Shown piece after piece: positions 38,307-47,290 of a DNA stretch of 64,000 bases (its first letter is position 1; each line of letters begins with the position of its first letter). Below the pieces are notes generated by a model that worked only from the letters and a program-made list of their open reading frames with translations, made no database searches and was not told where the DNA came from. The DNA is from an uncultured bacterium (lineage in GTDB: Bacteria; Chlamydiota; Chlamydiia; Chlamydiales; SM23-39), in contig OY970323.1 in NCBI GenBank assembly GCA_963716985.1, positions 1,952,001-2,016,000 of the forward strand. The letters are read 5' to 3'. A program made the translations under genes and the position numbers.

Positions 38307-40169
38307 ATGAAAAAAGATTCCGGCTCCAAGCCATTTATTACTCGGGAAACACGAATTCCCGAGTTCACTTTCCGCGCAACTCTTTTCGGCATGATTTTGG
38401 GATTTTTCTTTGCCGTCGGGAATGCCTATCTTGCACTGAAGACGGGAACCACGGTCAGCGCATCGATCCCTGCCGCGATCATTTCCATGGCCGTTTTGCG
38501 CTCTTTTTTCAAAAACGTCACGATCCTCGAAAATAATATTGTCCAAACAATTGCCACCGTCGGAGAAGGAATGGCGGCAGGAGTTGCATTCACGATTCCC
38601 GCTCTTCTCTTTCTTGGAGAAACCCCCTCGATCCTGCGGACGTTTATCCTCTCTCTTCTCGGAGGACTTCTGGGCATTCTCCTGATGATCCCTATGCGGC
38701 GATGTATCATCGTAAAGGAGGATAAAATTCTCCCCTTCCCCGAGGGAAGGGCCTGCGCAGAAATCCTCAAAGCCGGAGAAGCGTCGAGCACGAAAGCTGC
38801 CATTTTAGCGGGATGGGGATTTCTTTTAGGCTCATTCTATCGCGCCGCTTTCGACGTTTTCCATTGGTGGAGAGAAACTCCCTCTTGGACCTTTCGTTTT
38901 CTTCATCAAGGCTATTTCAGCATCGATACCGCCCCCGCGCTTTTGGGTGTGGGATATCTGATGGGTTTTCGCGTTGCCACCCCTGTCATGGCAGGGGGAG
39001 CCATCAGTTGGTGGGTGATCATTCCTCTCATTCAAGCTTTTGCAGGGAACACCATTATCTATCCCTCCACAATCGCAATCAATCTCATGTCTCCGGAAGA
39101 TCTCTGGTCCAACTATGTCCGCTACATCGGAGCGGGAGCCCTTGCCGTCACCGGAATCACCAGCATTTTCCGCATATTTCCCATGCTTGCCAAAACGCTT
39201 CATGCGGGACTCAAAGAAATTTTTTCCGGATTGAAAGGCTCTCGCCATCGCTTAAGGGCCGATCGCGATATCTCTCTTCGCTGGCTGGTCTTGGGACCTC
39301 TGACCATCATCTTTGCCCTTTGGCTTCTTCCCCCCACCTCTTTCAACCTCTTCACCGTCATCATCCTGGTTCTACTCGCCTTCTTTTTCGTGGCCATCAC
39401 CTCGATCACAGTGGGGTTTATCGGAAGCTCTTTCAGTCCTGCTTCCGGAATGACCATCACCATCCTTTTGCTCGTCTGCCTCCTCTTTTTAAGTTTGGGA
39501 TGGACGGAACGGGTGCATCTGATTACCGCGGTCGCGGTCGGATGCGTGGCCAATATTGCCATCGCCATGGCAGCCACAACCTCGCAAGATCTTAAAACGG
39601 GATTTTTGGTCGGCGCAACGCCAAGATCCCAACAGATCGCCGAAATACTAGGACTTTTGCTTCCGGCCCTCTGTCTTGGGGTCACCATCGCATTATTCAA
39701 TAAGGCCTATGTCATCGGATCGAGCAGCATGCCCGCCCCCCAGGCGGCTTTGATCAGCATGATCGTGAAGGGCGTCATTAGCAAAAGCTTGCCCTACGGC
39801 CTGGTATTGATCGGAGTGATTTTAGGGCTCATCTTAAAATTTTTACGTCTCCCGGCTTTAGTCATCTCCCTTGGGCTTTATTTGCCTCTTTCTCTGAGTA
39901 TCGGTATAATGGTGGGCGGTCTTTTGTCCCGGTACTTTAAAGATTACAAAAAAGAAAAAACCGAACTTGGAATCTTGATTGCATCGGGTCTTGTAGGAGG
40001 AGACGCATGCAGCGGCGTTTTTGTAGCCTTGCTCACCATCACAGGTCTTGTTGCCAGCAGCGGCGAGCCCTTTCTTTTTCCTTTTTTCAGCGTCATCATG
40101 TATGCGCTGCTAGCTCTTGCATTTGTCTATCTGGCAAAGAAGCGGATCAAAAAATCTGCAGTAAGGTAA
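38307..40169 (+). CDS. OPT-family oligopeptide transporter
   Basis: YLALKTGTTVSASIPAA, ENNIVQT, LPFPEG, SQDLKTGFLVGATP, PAPQA. Confidence 0.95.
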   Translation: MKKDSGSKPFITRETRIPEFTFRATLFGMILGFFFAVGNAYLALKTGTTVSASIPAAIISMAVLRSFFKNVTILENNIVQTIATVGEGMAAGVAFTIPALLFLGETPSILRTFILSLLGGLLGILLMIPMRRCIIVKEDKILPFPEGRACAEILKAGEASSTKAAILAGWGFLLGSFYRAAFDVFHWWRETPSWTFRFLHQGYFSIDTAPALLGVGYLMGFRVATPVMAGGAISWWVIIPLIQAFAGNTIIYPSTIAINLMSPEDLWSNYVRYIGAGALAVTGITSIFRIFPMLAKTLHAGLKEIFSGLKGSRHRLRADRDISLRWLVLGPLTIIFALWLLPPTSFNLFTVIILVLLAFFFVAITSITVGFIGSSFSPASGMTITILLLVCLLFLSLGWTERVHLITAVAVGCVANIAIAMAATTSQDLKTGFLVGATPRSQQIAEILGLLLPALCLGVTIALFNKAYVIGSSSMPAPQAALISMIVKGVISKSLPYGLVLIGVILGLILKFLRLPALVISLGLYLPLSLSIGIMVGGLLSRYFKDYKKEKTELGILIASGLVGGDACSGVFVALLTITGLVASSGEPFLFPFFSVIMYALLALAFVYLAKKRIKKSAVR

Positions 40170-40801
40170 AAAAACGCTTCTTCACCCTTTTGGAACTCTC
40201 CATTGCTTTTTCTCTGATTGCCACCATCGTTTTTTTTCTCCTTCTTGGCCTTAGAAACTTTTTGCTCGTCGAAAAAAAAATCGAACAAACAAGAGAAGAG
40301 GTGCACCAAAATTTACATCTGCAGATCCGCTTGGACCATCTTTTTTCCCAGCTCATTCCCTCTTCCTTTATCGCAAACGTTTCATCGCCCCTGTATACCA
40401 CTCGATTCCCGAAAGAAATGGCCATAAGCCTCGTTTGCGTATTTGACAACGGTCTTGATCCCGATCCGAAATTTAGCGGACCCGTTCTCGGGCGCATTTT
40501 TTCCACCAAAGAGCAAGAGCTTCATCTAATCATATGGCCCTTAGAAAAGGATGGCTCGATCCCCTCCGTTTGGAGGGAAGAGAAACTGCTTTCCCATGCG
40601 GACAAAGCCTCTTTTGCATTCTTTACTAAAGAGGAAAAGGGGGCAGAAAGTGATTGGACCTGGGTCTCTGAGTGGAGCGAAGAAAAAAACGAGCTGCCGG
40701 TGATGATCCGCTTCTCTTTCCAAAACGGGGGAAAAAAAACACTCTTTGCCTTTTTCCCTCCCAACGCAAGCCCGATCCCTTACAAAAAGGCAGCCCCATG
40801 A
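40166..40801 (+). CDS. Pseudopilin-like chlamydial protein (DUF1494-like); lacks a canonical start codon
   Basis: KKRFFTLLELSIAFSL prepilin-like motif; FDNGLDPDPKFSGPVLGR. Confidence 0.7.
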   Translation, partial: VKKRFFTLLELSIAFSLIATIVFFLLLGLRNFLLVEKKIEQTREEVHQNLHLQIRLDHLFSQLIPSSFIANVSSPLYTTRFPKEMAISLVCVFDNGLDPDPKFSGPVLGRIFSTKEQELHLIIWPLEKDGSIPSVWREEKLLSHADKASFAFFTKEEKGAESDWTWVSEWSEEKNELPVMIRFSFQNGGKKTLFAFFPPNASPIPYKKAAP

Positions 40802-41754
40802 ACTTCTTGCCCTATGTAGCCGCTCTCTTAATCATACTTGCCATAACCTCGCAACCTTTAGTGCAGATGGTTTTCTCCGATCAAAAAATCCACTCCTCCT
40901 ATCAGGGCCACATGAACGCTTCTAGAATCGCATCTTCGCTTGCGGCAAAAAATAGCTACAAACAAATACCTAAAGAAGCGTCCCTTCTAAAGACTCCAGC
41001 AAAGCCTCTGACGCCCTCCCAAAAACCAAAGACCGTAAAACCCCTCCACAAAGAAAAAGAAAAGATCATCAAGCCGCAAAAACAGATGGTCAACATTGCA
41101 CCCCTTTTGCAAGAGGGCAAAGAGGCGCGGCCCACTCTCTACTCCTTTATGACCCATCTCATCCTCCATCTTTATGAAAAAGAGCTTCTCTTCGCCGGAA
41201 AAAATGCGGAAAAAACCGCCAAAGCGCTCGTAGACGGTCTGATCGAAAGCTCCCAAAAACAAAAGGAGGTGCTCCATTTCGAAAAGCTGGAGCTCAAACA
41301 AAGAGACCTGCAGCGCCTTTTTTACAAAATGCTCAAAGGCACCAAACCCCTCTCCAACGCACATGCAAAACAAGATCTTCCACCTGCCAAAGAGACGCCG
41401 GGCGTCCCCTCTCTTTACGAATACATTTATTGTTCGCTTTCTCCAAAAGAGGACCACATCTCTATTGTCTTTGCAAACCCTGCGATCCTCACAGCTCTTT
41501 TCAACGCACAAACCGCTGAGAAGATCTTGCAAACCCAAGAAAAAACAAAGAGTTTAATTTCTAAAGCCACTTTGGAAAAAATTTTCCATCAAACTCATTT
41601 TTCTGCCACAGACGATCTTTGGGAAACACTTGATTTTTCTCAGAAAAAATCCAACCTCCCGTTTGAAATCGCCTCGACACAAGATAAAGAAACCCATATC
41701 TTTCTCACGCGCAAGAACTATCTTTCGTCCAAAAACCTCTCTTTTCCCAAGTGA
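40798..41754 (+). CDS. Conserved chlamydial hypothetical protein with N-terminal TM
   Basis: ATG overlaps the upstream stop; MNFLPYVAALLIILAI; FYKMLKGT. Confidence 0.7.
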   Translation: MNFLPYVAALLIILAITSQPLVQMVFSDQKIHSSYQGHMNASRIASSLAAKNSYKQIPKEASLLKTPAKPLTPSQKPKTVKPLHKEKEKIIKPQKQMVNIAPLLQEGKEARPTLYSFMTHLILHLYEKELLFAGKNAEKTAKALVDGLIESSQKQKEVLHFEKLELKQRDLQRLFYKMLKGTKPLSNAHAKQDLPPAKETPGVPSLYEYIYCSLSPKEDHISIVFANPAILTALFNAQTAEKILQTQEKTKSLISKATLEKIFHQTHFSATDDLWETLDFSQKKSNLPFEIASTQDKETHIFLTRKNYLSSKNLSFPK

Positions 41755-43508
41755 TCCAATGTGTTTGAGCTCTCTATGTAGAAAACAGACCTTCGAGGAG
41801 ATATTGATAAGACCATCGGAGTCATAGATCAGCGGGCCATTGGGCCTTTCTATTATTTTCCCAACATCTAAGCCTCGCCAAGTAAAAACTTCCCTTTTCA
41901 GCTCACCCAAGCCAAAAATGAGACATAAGAGTCGTAAGAAAGATTTCATTTGACTCATATAACTCAATTTCTTAACATGAGTGATACATAAGGGTGAGGA
42001 GGTTAATGATGAAATACCCAGGGGCAGAATCCTCAACATTGGAATTTAAGAGAACCCTTCCGGAAAATGACCAGATTATTAAAACAATCATTGGCTTTTG
42101 CAACCGTGATGGCGGAAGACTTATCGTCGGCGTTCAGCCCGACGGAACAATCACTGGAGTCCCAGAGGAAGAGATTCAAAAAGTGATGGAATATGCAAAC
42201 AAAAGCATTTTTGAAGCATCATCGCCCCCTATCATTGCTGGGTTTCATTCTCAAAGGATTGGCGACAAAACCCTTCTCATTATTGAAGTCTCTTCAGGGA
42301 TGAACAAACCCTACTATAGAAAATCAGAAGGGCTGGATAAGGGAACTTACATTAGGCTAGGACATTCAACAGTGCGGGCGACTGCAGACATGATCGAAGA
42401 ATTGAAATGGCAATCCAGAGGCCGCACTTTCGACATGATGCCTGTCTATCATGGAAAAGAAGAGGACTTAGATAAAAAAAAGATTCTAGAATTCATACGA
42501 TTGCGAAAATCTTCAAAAGTTAAGACACTTTCCCATGAAATTCTTTCCTCTTACAATCTCATGACCGAAGAGCATGCCTCCCGCTACCCTACCGTGGGGG
42601 GAATTTTATTATTTGGCAAGGAACCTCAAAAGTTCTTTTTCGAAGCAATGATCCTTTGCACTCATTTTTCAGGTACCGGCGGAAGAAAAGCAATTGCCAG
42701 TATCGATTGCGCGGGAACTTTGTTCGAGCAATTTGATCAAGCTTATGCTTTCATCATCAGTAGACTTAACCGCTCCTTTTCTATTGATGGCCCTAAAAGG
42801 CAAGAAAAGCTCGAAGTTCCTGAATCGGCAATTCGAGAAATATTATTGAATGCACTTGTTCATCGCAATTATCATATCAATGGCCCCACAAAAATTGCTA
42901 TTTACGACAATCGCATTGAAATTTTCAGCCCCGGTGTATTTCCCGGGCCTCTCGATACACAAAATCTTAAAATGGGATTGACCTATATCCGCAATAACAT
43001 CATATGCAAAATCTTCCGCGAAGCAGGGTATATCGAAAAACTGGGATCTGGATTCATCACTCTTTTCGAAAGTTATGAGAAAAGACATCTTTATCCTCCT
43101 GAAGTAATCGAAGGCGAAAATTTCATCAAATGCATTTTGCCAAGGAAATCTTTTCCCTCCAAACCTTATAGGGAAAAAGATGAAACGCAAAAAATACTAG
43201 CTCTTTTTGAATTAACTGAAGAAATCGCCATCTCCGATGTCATGAAGGCCTTGAAACTGTCTCGACCCACTGCGGGAAGAAGGCTTGCTCAATTAACCGA
43301 AAAAGGTATTTTAGAACAAATCGGTCAAAGCAAGGCAACACGTTACCGAAAAGCAAAAATCCTACGATAAAGACAGTTGCAAAGCTCGTCCACTGTTGTG
43401 CATAAAAGGAGCTGCTCTTCGATAGCCACAAATCCCAAATGATCTTCTGTGTTTGAGCTATCTATGTCAAAAACAGACCTTCGAGGAGATATTGATAAGA
43501 CCATCGGA
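41746..43508. repeat. ~70-bp imperfect direct repeat (41746-41820 and 43435-43508) bracketing the AlbA gene
   Basis: Shared core AAAACAGACCTTCGAGGAGATATTGATAAGACCATCGGA. Confidence 0.85.
42006..43370 (+). CDS. AlbA_2 (Schlafen-like) + HATPase_c_4 + wHTH protein
   Basis: ESSTLEFK, FCNRDGGRLIVGV, REILLNALVHRNY, RIEIFSPG, IEKLGSG, C-terminal HTH. Confidence 0.92.
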   Translation: MMKYPGAESSTLEFKRTLPENDQIIKTIIGFCNRDGGRLIVGVQPDGTITGVPEEEIQKVMEYANKSIFEASSPPIIAGFHSQRIGDKTLLIIEVSSGMNKPYYRKSEGLDKGTYIRLGHSTVRATADMIEELKWQSRGRTFDMMPVYHGKEEDLDKKKILEFIRLRKSSKVKTLSHEILSSYNLMTEEHASRYPTVGGILLFGKEPQKFFFEAMILCTHFSGTGGRKAIASIDCAGTLFEQFDQAYAFIISRLNRSFSIDGPKRQEKLEVPESAIREILLNALVHRNYHINGPTKIAIYDNRIEIFSPGVFPGPLDTQNLKMGLTYIRNNIICKIFREAGYIEKLGSGFITLFESYEKRHLYPPEVIEGENFIKCILPRKSFPSKPYREKDETQKILALFELTEEIAISDVMKALKLSRPTAGRRLAQLTEKGILEQIGQSKATRYRKAKILR

Positions 43509-43830
43509 ATTCAAAGACCAAGGGATTTATAGTCGGTCGGAATACAACGTTCAATAACGGTTCCAAGCTGTTATCAATCTAATATTCAGTGCATTGGCAA
43601 CAAAATCGGTTTGTAAAGTATTGTTTAGAATTGGCATTTATTGAACCTTGCTGTCCCACAAGTGTCCCTTTTAGAACTGAGCGTGCAGAAAAAGAATAAA
43701 TCCTCATAATTTCTAAAATGGAGTAAGGCAAAGGTCCAAAAGGTTCAAAAGAGACTCGGTTAAATTCTTTTCATTCACATCGCGCTATCTTTCCGATGTT
43801 CGCTAAAAAAACACAAATTAACTTTGGTAA

Positions 43831-43924
43831 GTCCTTAAAAAGTCATGGAAAAAATACCTGTCACCCCCCTGAGAATACCTTATGAGGGCATATGTCTCAT
43901 GTTTTGCCATGACTTTTTAAGGAC
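43831..43924. mobile_element. Small MITE-like element, 18-bp TIR
   Basis: GTCCTTAAAAAGTCATGG...CCATGACTTTTTAAGGAC; TSD ambiguous. Confidence 0.7.
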
Positions 43925-43990
43925 GTACGATTTGACTAACGATATGAGACATTAAAAATTCCGCATGGATCTTAGTCTTTCATTGGCAGA

Positions 43991-44048
43991 AACTTATGCA
44001 TTCTTATACCTGCTTATTGCTGATTTCTGGTATAAGTTTGCATAAGTT
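43991..44048. promoter_or_regulatory. Inverted repeat built from 10-bp-periodic CTTAT units upstream of the ATPase gene
   Basis: AACTTATGCATTCTTATACC / GGTATAAGTTTGCATAAGTT (18/20). Confidence 0.6.
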
Positions 44049-44065
44049 GATATAACCAGGATGTC

Positions 44066-45259
44066 ATGGATCCAATCAAAAATCCTTTTTCACCTGGAGC
44101 TGGATCTCCACCGCCTGAACTGGTCGGGAGGGGACCCGCTCTTGAGCAAGCCCGAATTCTTTTAGGCCGGATCAAGCAAAAGCGGTCTGAAAAGAGTATG
44201 TTGCTGACAGGGCTCCGCGGAGTGGGCAAGACCGTACTACTCAATGAAATTGAGTGTTTGGCAAAAAGTGAAGGCTACCGAACGATTTTTATTGAGGCGC
44301 ATGAAAATATTGCGCTCGGTCCGTTGCTTGTTCCCTATTTGCGCACTCTTCTTTTTGACTTAGATCGCATGGCTGGGTTAAGCGCTAAAGTGAAGCGCGG
44401 ATTGGCTGTTCTGAGGAGTTTCATTAGCGCTTTAACCTTGACGGTAGGCGACGTCACTTTTGGTATAGGCATCGAACCTGAAAAAGGATCAGCGGATAGC
44501 GGAGATTTGGAAATTGATTTACCGAATCTTTTCACTGCCATTGGAGAAGCTGCTGAAGACCGTAAGTGTGCAGTGGCTCTTTTGATTGATGAGATTCAAT
44601 ATTTTAGCCAAAAAGAACTTGGTGCGCTCATTGTGGCGATGCACAAAGTTCAGCAGCGTCAGCTTCCTCTATTGCTTTTGGGGGCCGGACTGCCGAGTCT
44701 TCCTGGTCTGGCCGGGGAGGCAAAATCATATGCTGAACGGCTCTTCAGCTTTCCGGATATCGGGGCCTTGTCTCAAGAGGACGCAGCGATCGCGTTGAAG
44801 GAACCTGCACTTGCAGCAGGAGTTATTTTTGATGCCGCTGCGCTTCAAGAAATATTTCGTCTGACCAAAGGCTATCCATATTTTATTCAGGAATGGGGAT
44901 GTCAGGCATGGAATATGGCCACGGATAGTCCCATTACTTTGCAGGTCGTTCAAGAAGCGACTGCTCAAGTGATCCCGCGCCTTGACCAAAATTTCTTTCG
45001 TGTGCGATTTGATCGACTCACTCCGAGCGAAAAGAATTTTTTGCGTGCCATGGCAGAATTGGGATCCGGTCCATATCGCCCAGGAGATATCGCCAATCTC
45101 TTAAACATCAAGGCAACCAGCTTGAGTCCAACGAGGGCCAAGCTCATCAAGAAGGGGATGATCTATAGCCCAGCATATGGCGATATGGCGTTTACGGTGC
45201 CTTTGTTTGATCAATTCATGATTCGGGCGATGCCTGATTTAAACCGCGGTTTGAATTGA
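44066..45259 (+). CDS. AAA ATPase with C-terminal winged helix
   Basis: NPFSPGAGSPPPELVGR, GLRGVGKT, LLIDEIQ, GYPYFIQ, RAKLIKKGMIY. Confidence 0.9.
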   Translation: MDPIKNPFSPGAGSPPPELVGRGPALEQARILLGRIKQKRSEKSMLLTGLRGVGKTVLLNEIECLAKSEGYRTIFIEAHENIALGPLLVPYLRTLLFDLDRMAGLSAKVKRGLAVLRSFISALTLTVGDVTFGIGIEPEKGSADSGDLEIDLPNLFTAIGEAAEDRKCAVALLIDEIQYFSQKELGALIVAMHKVQQRQLPLLLLGAGLPSLPGLAGEAKSYAERLFSFPDIGALSQEDAAIALKEPALAAGVIFDAAALQEIFRLTKGYPYFIQEWGCQAWNMATDSPITLQVVQEATAQVIPRLDQNFFRVRFDRLTPSEKNFLRAMAELGSGPYRPGDIANLLNIKATSLSPTRAKLIKKGMIYSPAYGDMAFTVPLFDQFMIRAMPDLNRGLN

Positions 45260-45282
45260 AGCGGCAGTCATTTCGCTGCTCA

Positions 45283-45395
45283 ATAAAAAAAAGTTCTAGA
45301 ATTCATCCGATAACCGAAAAAGGCATTTTAGAACAAATCGGTCAAAGCAAAGCAACACGGTACCGAAAAGCAAAAAAACTACGATAAAGATAGTT
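45283..45395 (+). repeat. Internally deleted relic copy of the AlbA gene
   Basis: 45283-45311 matches 42472-42501; 45311-45395 matches 43294-43378. Confidence 0.85.
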
Positions 45396-45434
45396 TGACA
45401 CCCCACCTTAAACTAAATGGCCGGACATCACATG

Positions 45435-46207
45435 CTAAGAATGATTCCGGTCACAGATTAGAATCGATTGTTGCGGCAGCAAAAGAGAAAAAATCGTCCC
45501 CTCCCCTTTTTTCGATCGAACAAATATCTTCCCATTTGCTTGATCCAAAATCCTCTTCACGATGAAAAGGCCAAGACCCGCTCCCCCATGCTTGCGAGAC
45601 TCTTCCCTGTCCGCGCAATAAAAACTCTTAAAAATATGGGGCAGGTGCTGGGGATCAATGCCCGCTCCTTGATCTTCAATCGAAAGCAAAAGACCTCCTT
45701 TTTTTCTTCCCAAGTAATACGAATCGGAGTGTCTTCGAGGGAATAGCGCGCTGCATTCTCCAAAAGATTCATCAAGACAATCTCGAGAAAAGACTCTTTC
45801 ATGCCGATCCAAAGATTCTCTTTTTTTTGCGGCAGCAAAAGAACTCTTTTGGGATATCTCTCTAAAATATGCTCTTTACACCTCTCCAAACATCGCCAAA
45901 GGTCGCAAGCAACTGCTGGACATTGCTCTTTTTCCACCTCGGAGAGGGTCATAAAAGCTGCAACGATACGATCTATGCGCTGTGATGCCAAGAGCATTTT
46001 TCTTCCGATCTCTTGAATTTGCGAGGGGGAAAGATGGGGCAAGAGAGTGATGGTCTCCGCATAGCCTTGAAGTATGGTCAAAGGAGATCTCAGTTCGTGG
46101 GCTATCTGGAAGGGAAGACAGTCCATTTTTTTTTGGCGCAAACGCATTTTTGTTAGGGCAAAAAAAAGGAGAGCCAAAAAAAGAGAGGTCAAAAAAAACA
46201 AGAGCAT
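45435..46207 (-). pseudogene. PhoR-like sensor histidine kinase with one frameshift at A-AAA-AAG (45698-45705)
   Basis: H box AHELRSPLT and N box NLLENAARY in one frame; DQGAGI, F box and GAGLGL in the -1 frame. Confidence 0.82.
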
Positions 46208-47290
46208 TTAGTTCACGTTATAAAAATTTTCAAATCCGGCTTCTGTGACTAAAATCGTATCCTCATAGCGAACTCCGCCAACTCCCTCCTGATAGATCCC
46301 GGGCTCGATCGTAAAGACCATGCCCGGCTCTAAAATCAGATCGCGATCCTCCCCATCTTTGTGAATCGAGGGGTATTCGTGCACTTCTAATCCCACGCCA
46401 TGGCCGAGGCGATGCACGAAGAGATCGCCGAAGCCGGCCGTCGTAATCTCTCCTCTGGCCGCCTCGTCTAAAGATCCCAGCCTCTCTCCCGGTTTGACAA
46501 GAGACAGAGCTTTTCTTTGTGCTCTTTGCACAATGGTGTAGAACTCTTTGAGTTTGGGATCCGGCGTTCCGAAAAAAATCGTACGGGTCATGTCGGATGC
46601 ATAGGAGTCGACCATCACACCGACGTCAATCAAAACAATCTCATTTTTTTTGAGTTTTCGATCTCCGGGATGGTGGTGGGGGCAAGAAGTATTTTCGCCA
46701 AAGCTGACGATCGGATCAAAAGCCATCCTCTCTGCGCCCGTTTCCCTGCAAAATTTTTCAAACTGCCAGGCAATTTCCGCTTCCGACACCCCTTCTTTCA
46801 AAAGAGAGCATACATGTTCGAACCCCTTCCAGTTGAGGCCGGCCGACCTCTGAAGAGAGGCAATCTCTTTCGCCTCTTTGATCAAACGAAGCTCCCGAAA
46901 GGGAAGAGTAAGAGCGCTGAAGAGAATATGCACTCCTTCCGTTTTCATTTTTTCGCCAAACTGCACAAGCTTTTGATGGGAAAAAACGCTCACGTTGCTG
47001 CTGTCAAAGCCAATGTTGATCTCCTTCTTGTTCAAAGAGAGAAAAAAGCTAAAAAGATTCTCCTCTTTGGAAAGAAAGACATCGCAAGCGTTCGTTTTTT
47101 TTGCATATTCAAAGTATCTGCCGTCCACAAAAAGAGCCTTTTTTTCTCTTCCGATCCAGAGCCGGCCCAAAGAAAGCTCTACTCCGGTTAGATAAAAAAT
47201 AAGGATCGGATCGTCGATCAGAAAAAGATCGCATTTTTTCTTGATCAAAAGTTCTACTGCCCGTCTTCCTCGAATCGAGTCTTGGTTCAT
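46208..47290 (-). CDS. pepP: Xaa-Pro aminopeptidase (M24B)
   Basis: DGRY, YASDMTRT, HRLGHGVGLEVHE, TIEPGIY, GVRYED. Confidence 0.93.
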   Translation of the reverse strand: MNQDSIRGRRAVELLIKKKCDLFLIDDPILIFYLTGVELSLGRLWIGREKKALFVDGRYFEYAKKTNACDVFLSKEENLFSFFLSLNKKEINIGFDSSNVSVFSHQKLVQFGEKMKTEGVHILFSALTLPFRELRLIKEAKEIASLQRSAGLNWKGFEHVCSLLKEGVSEAEIAWQFEKFCRETGAERMAFDPIVSFGENTSCPHHHPGDRKLKKNEIVLIDVGVMVDSYASDMTRTIFFGTPDPKLKEFYTIVQRAQRKALSLVKPGERLGSLDEAARGEITTAGFGDLFVHRLGHGVGLEVHEYPSIHKDGEDRDLILEPGMVFTIEPGIYQEGVGGVRYEDTILVTEAGFENFYNVN

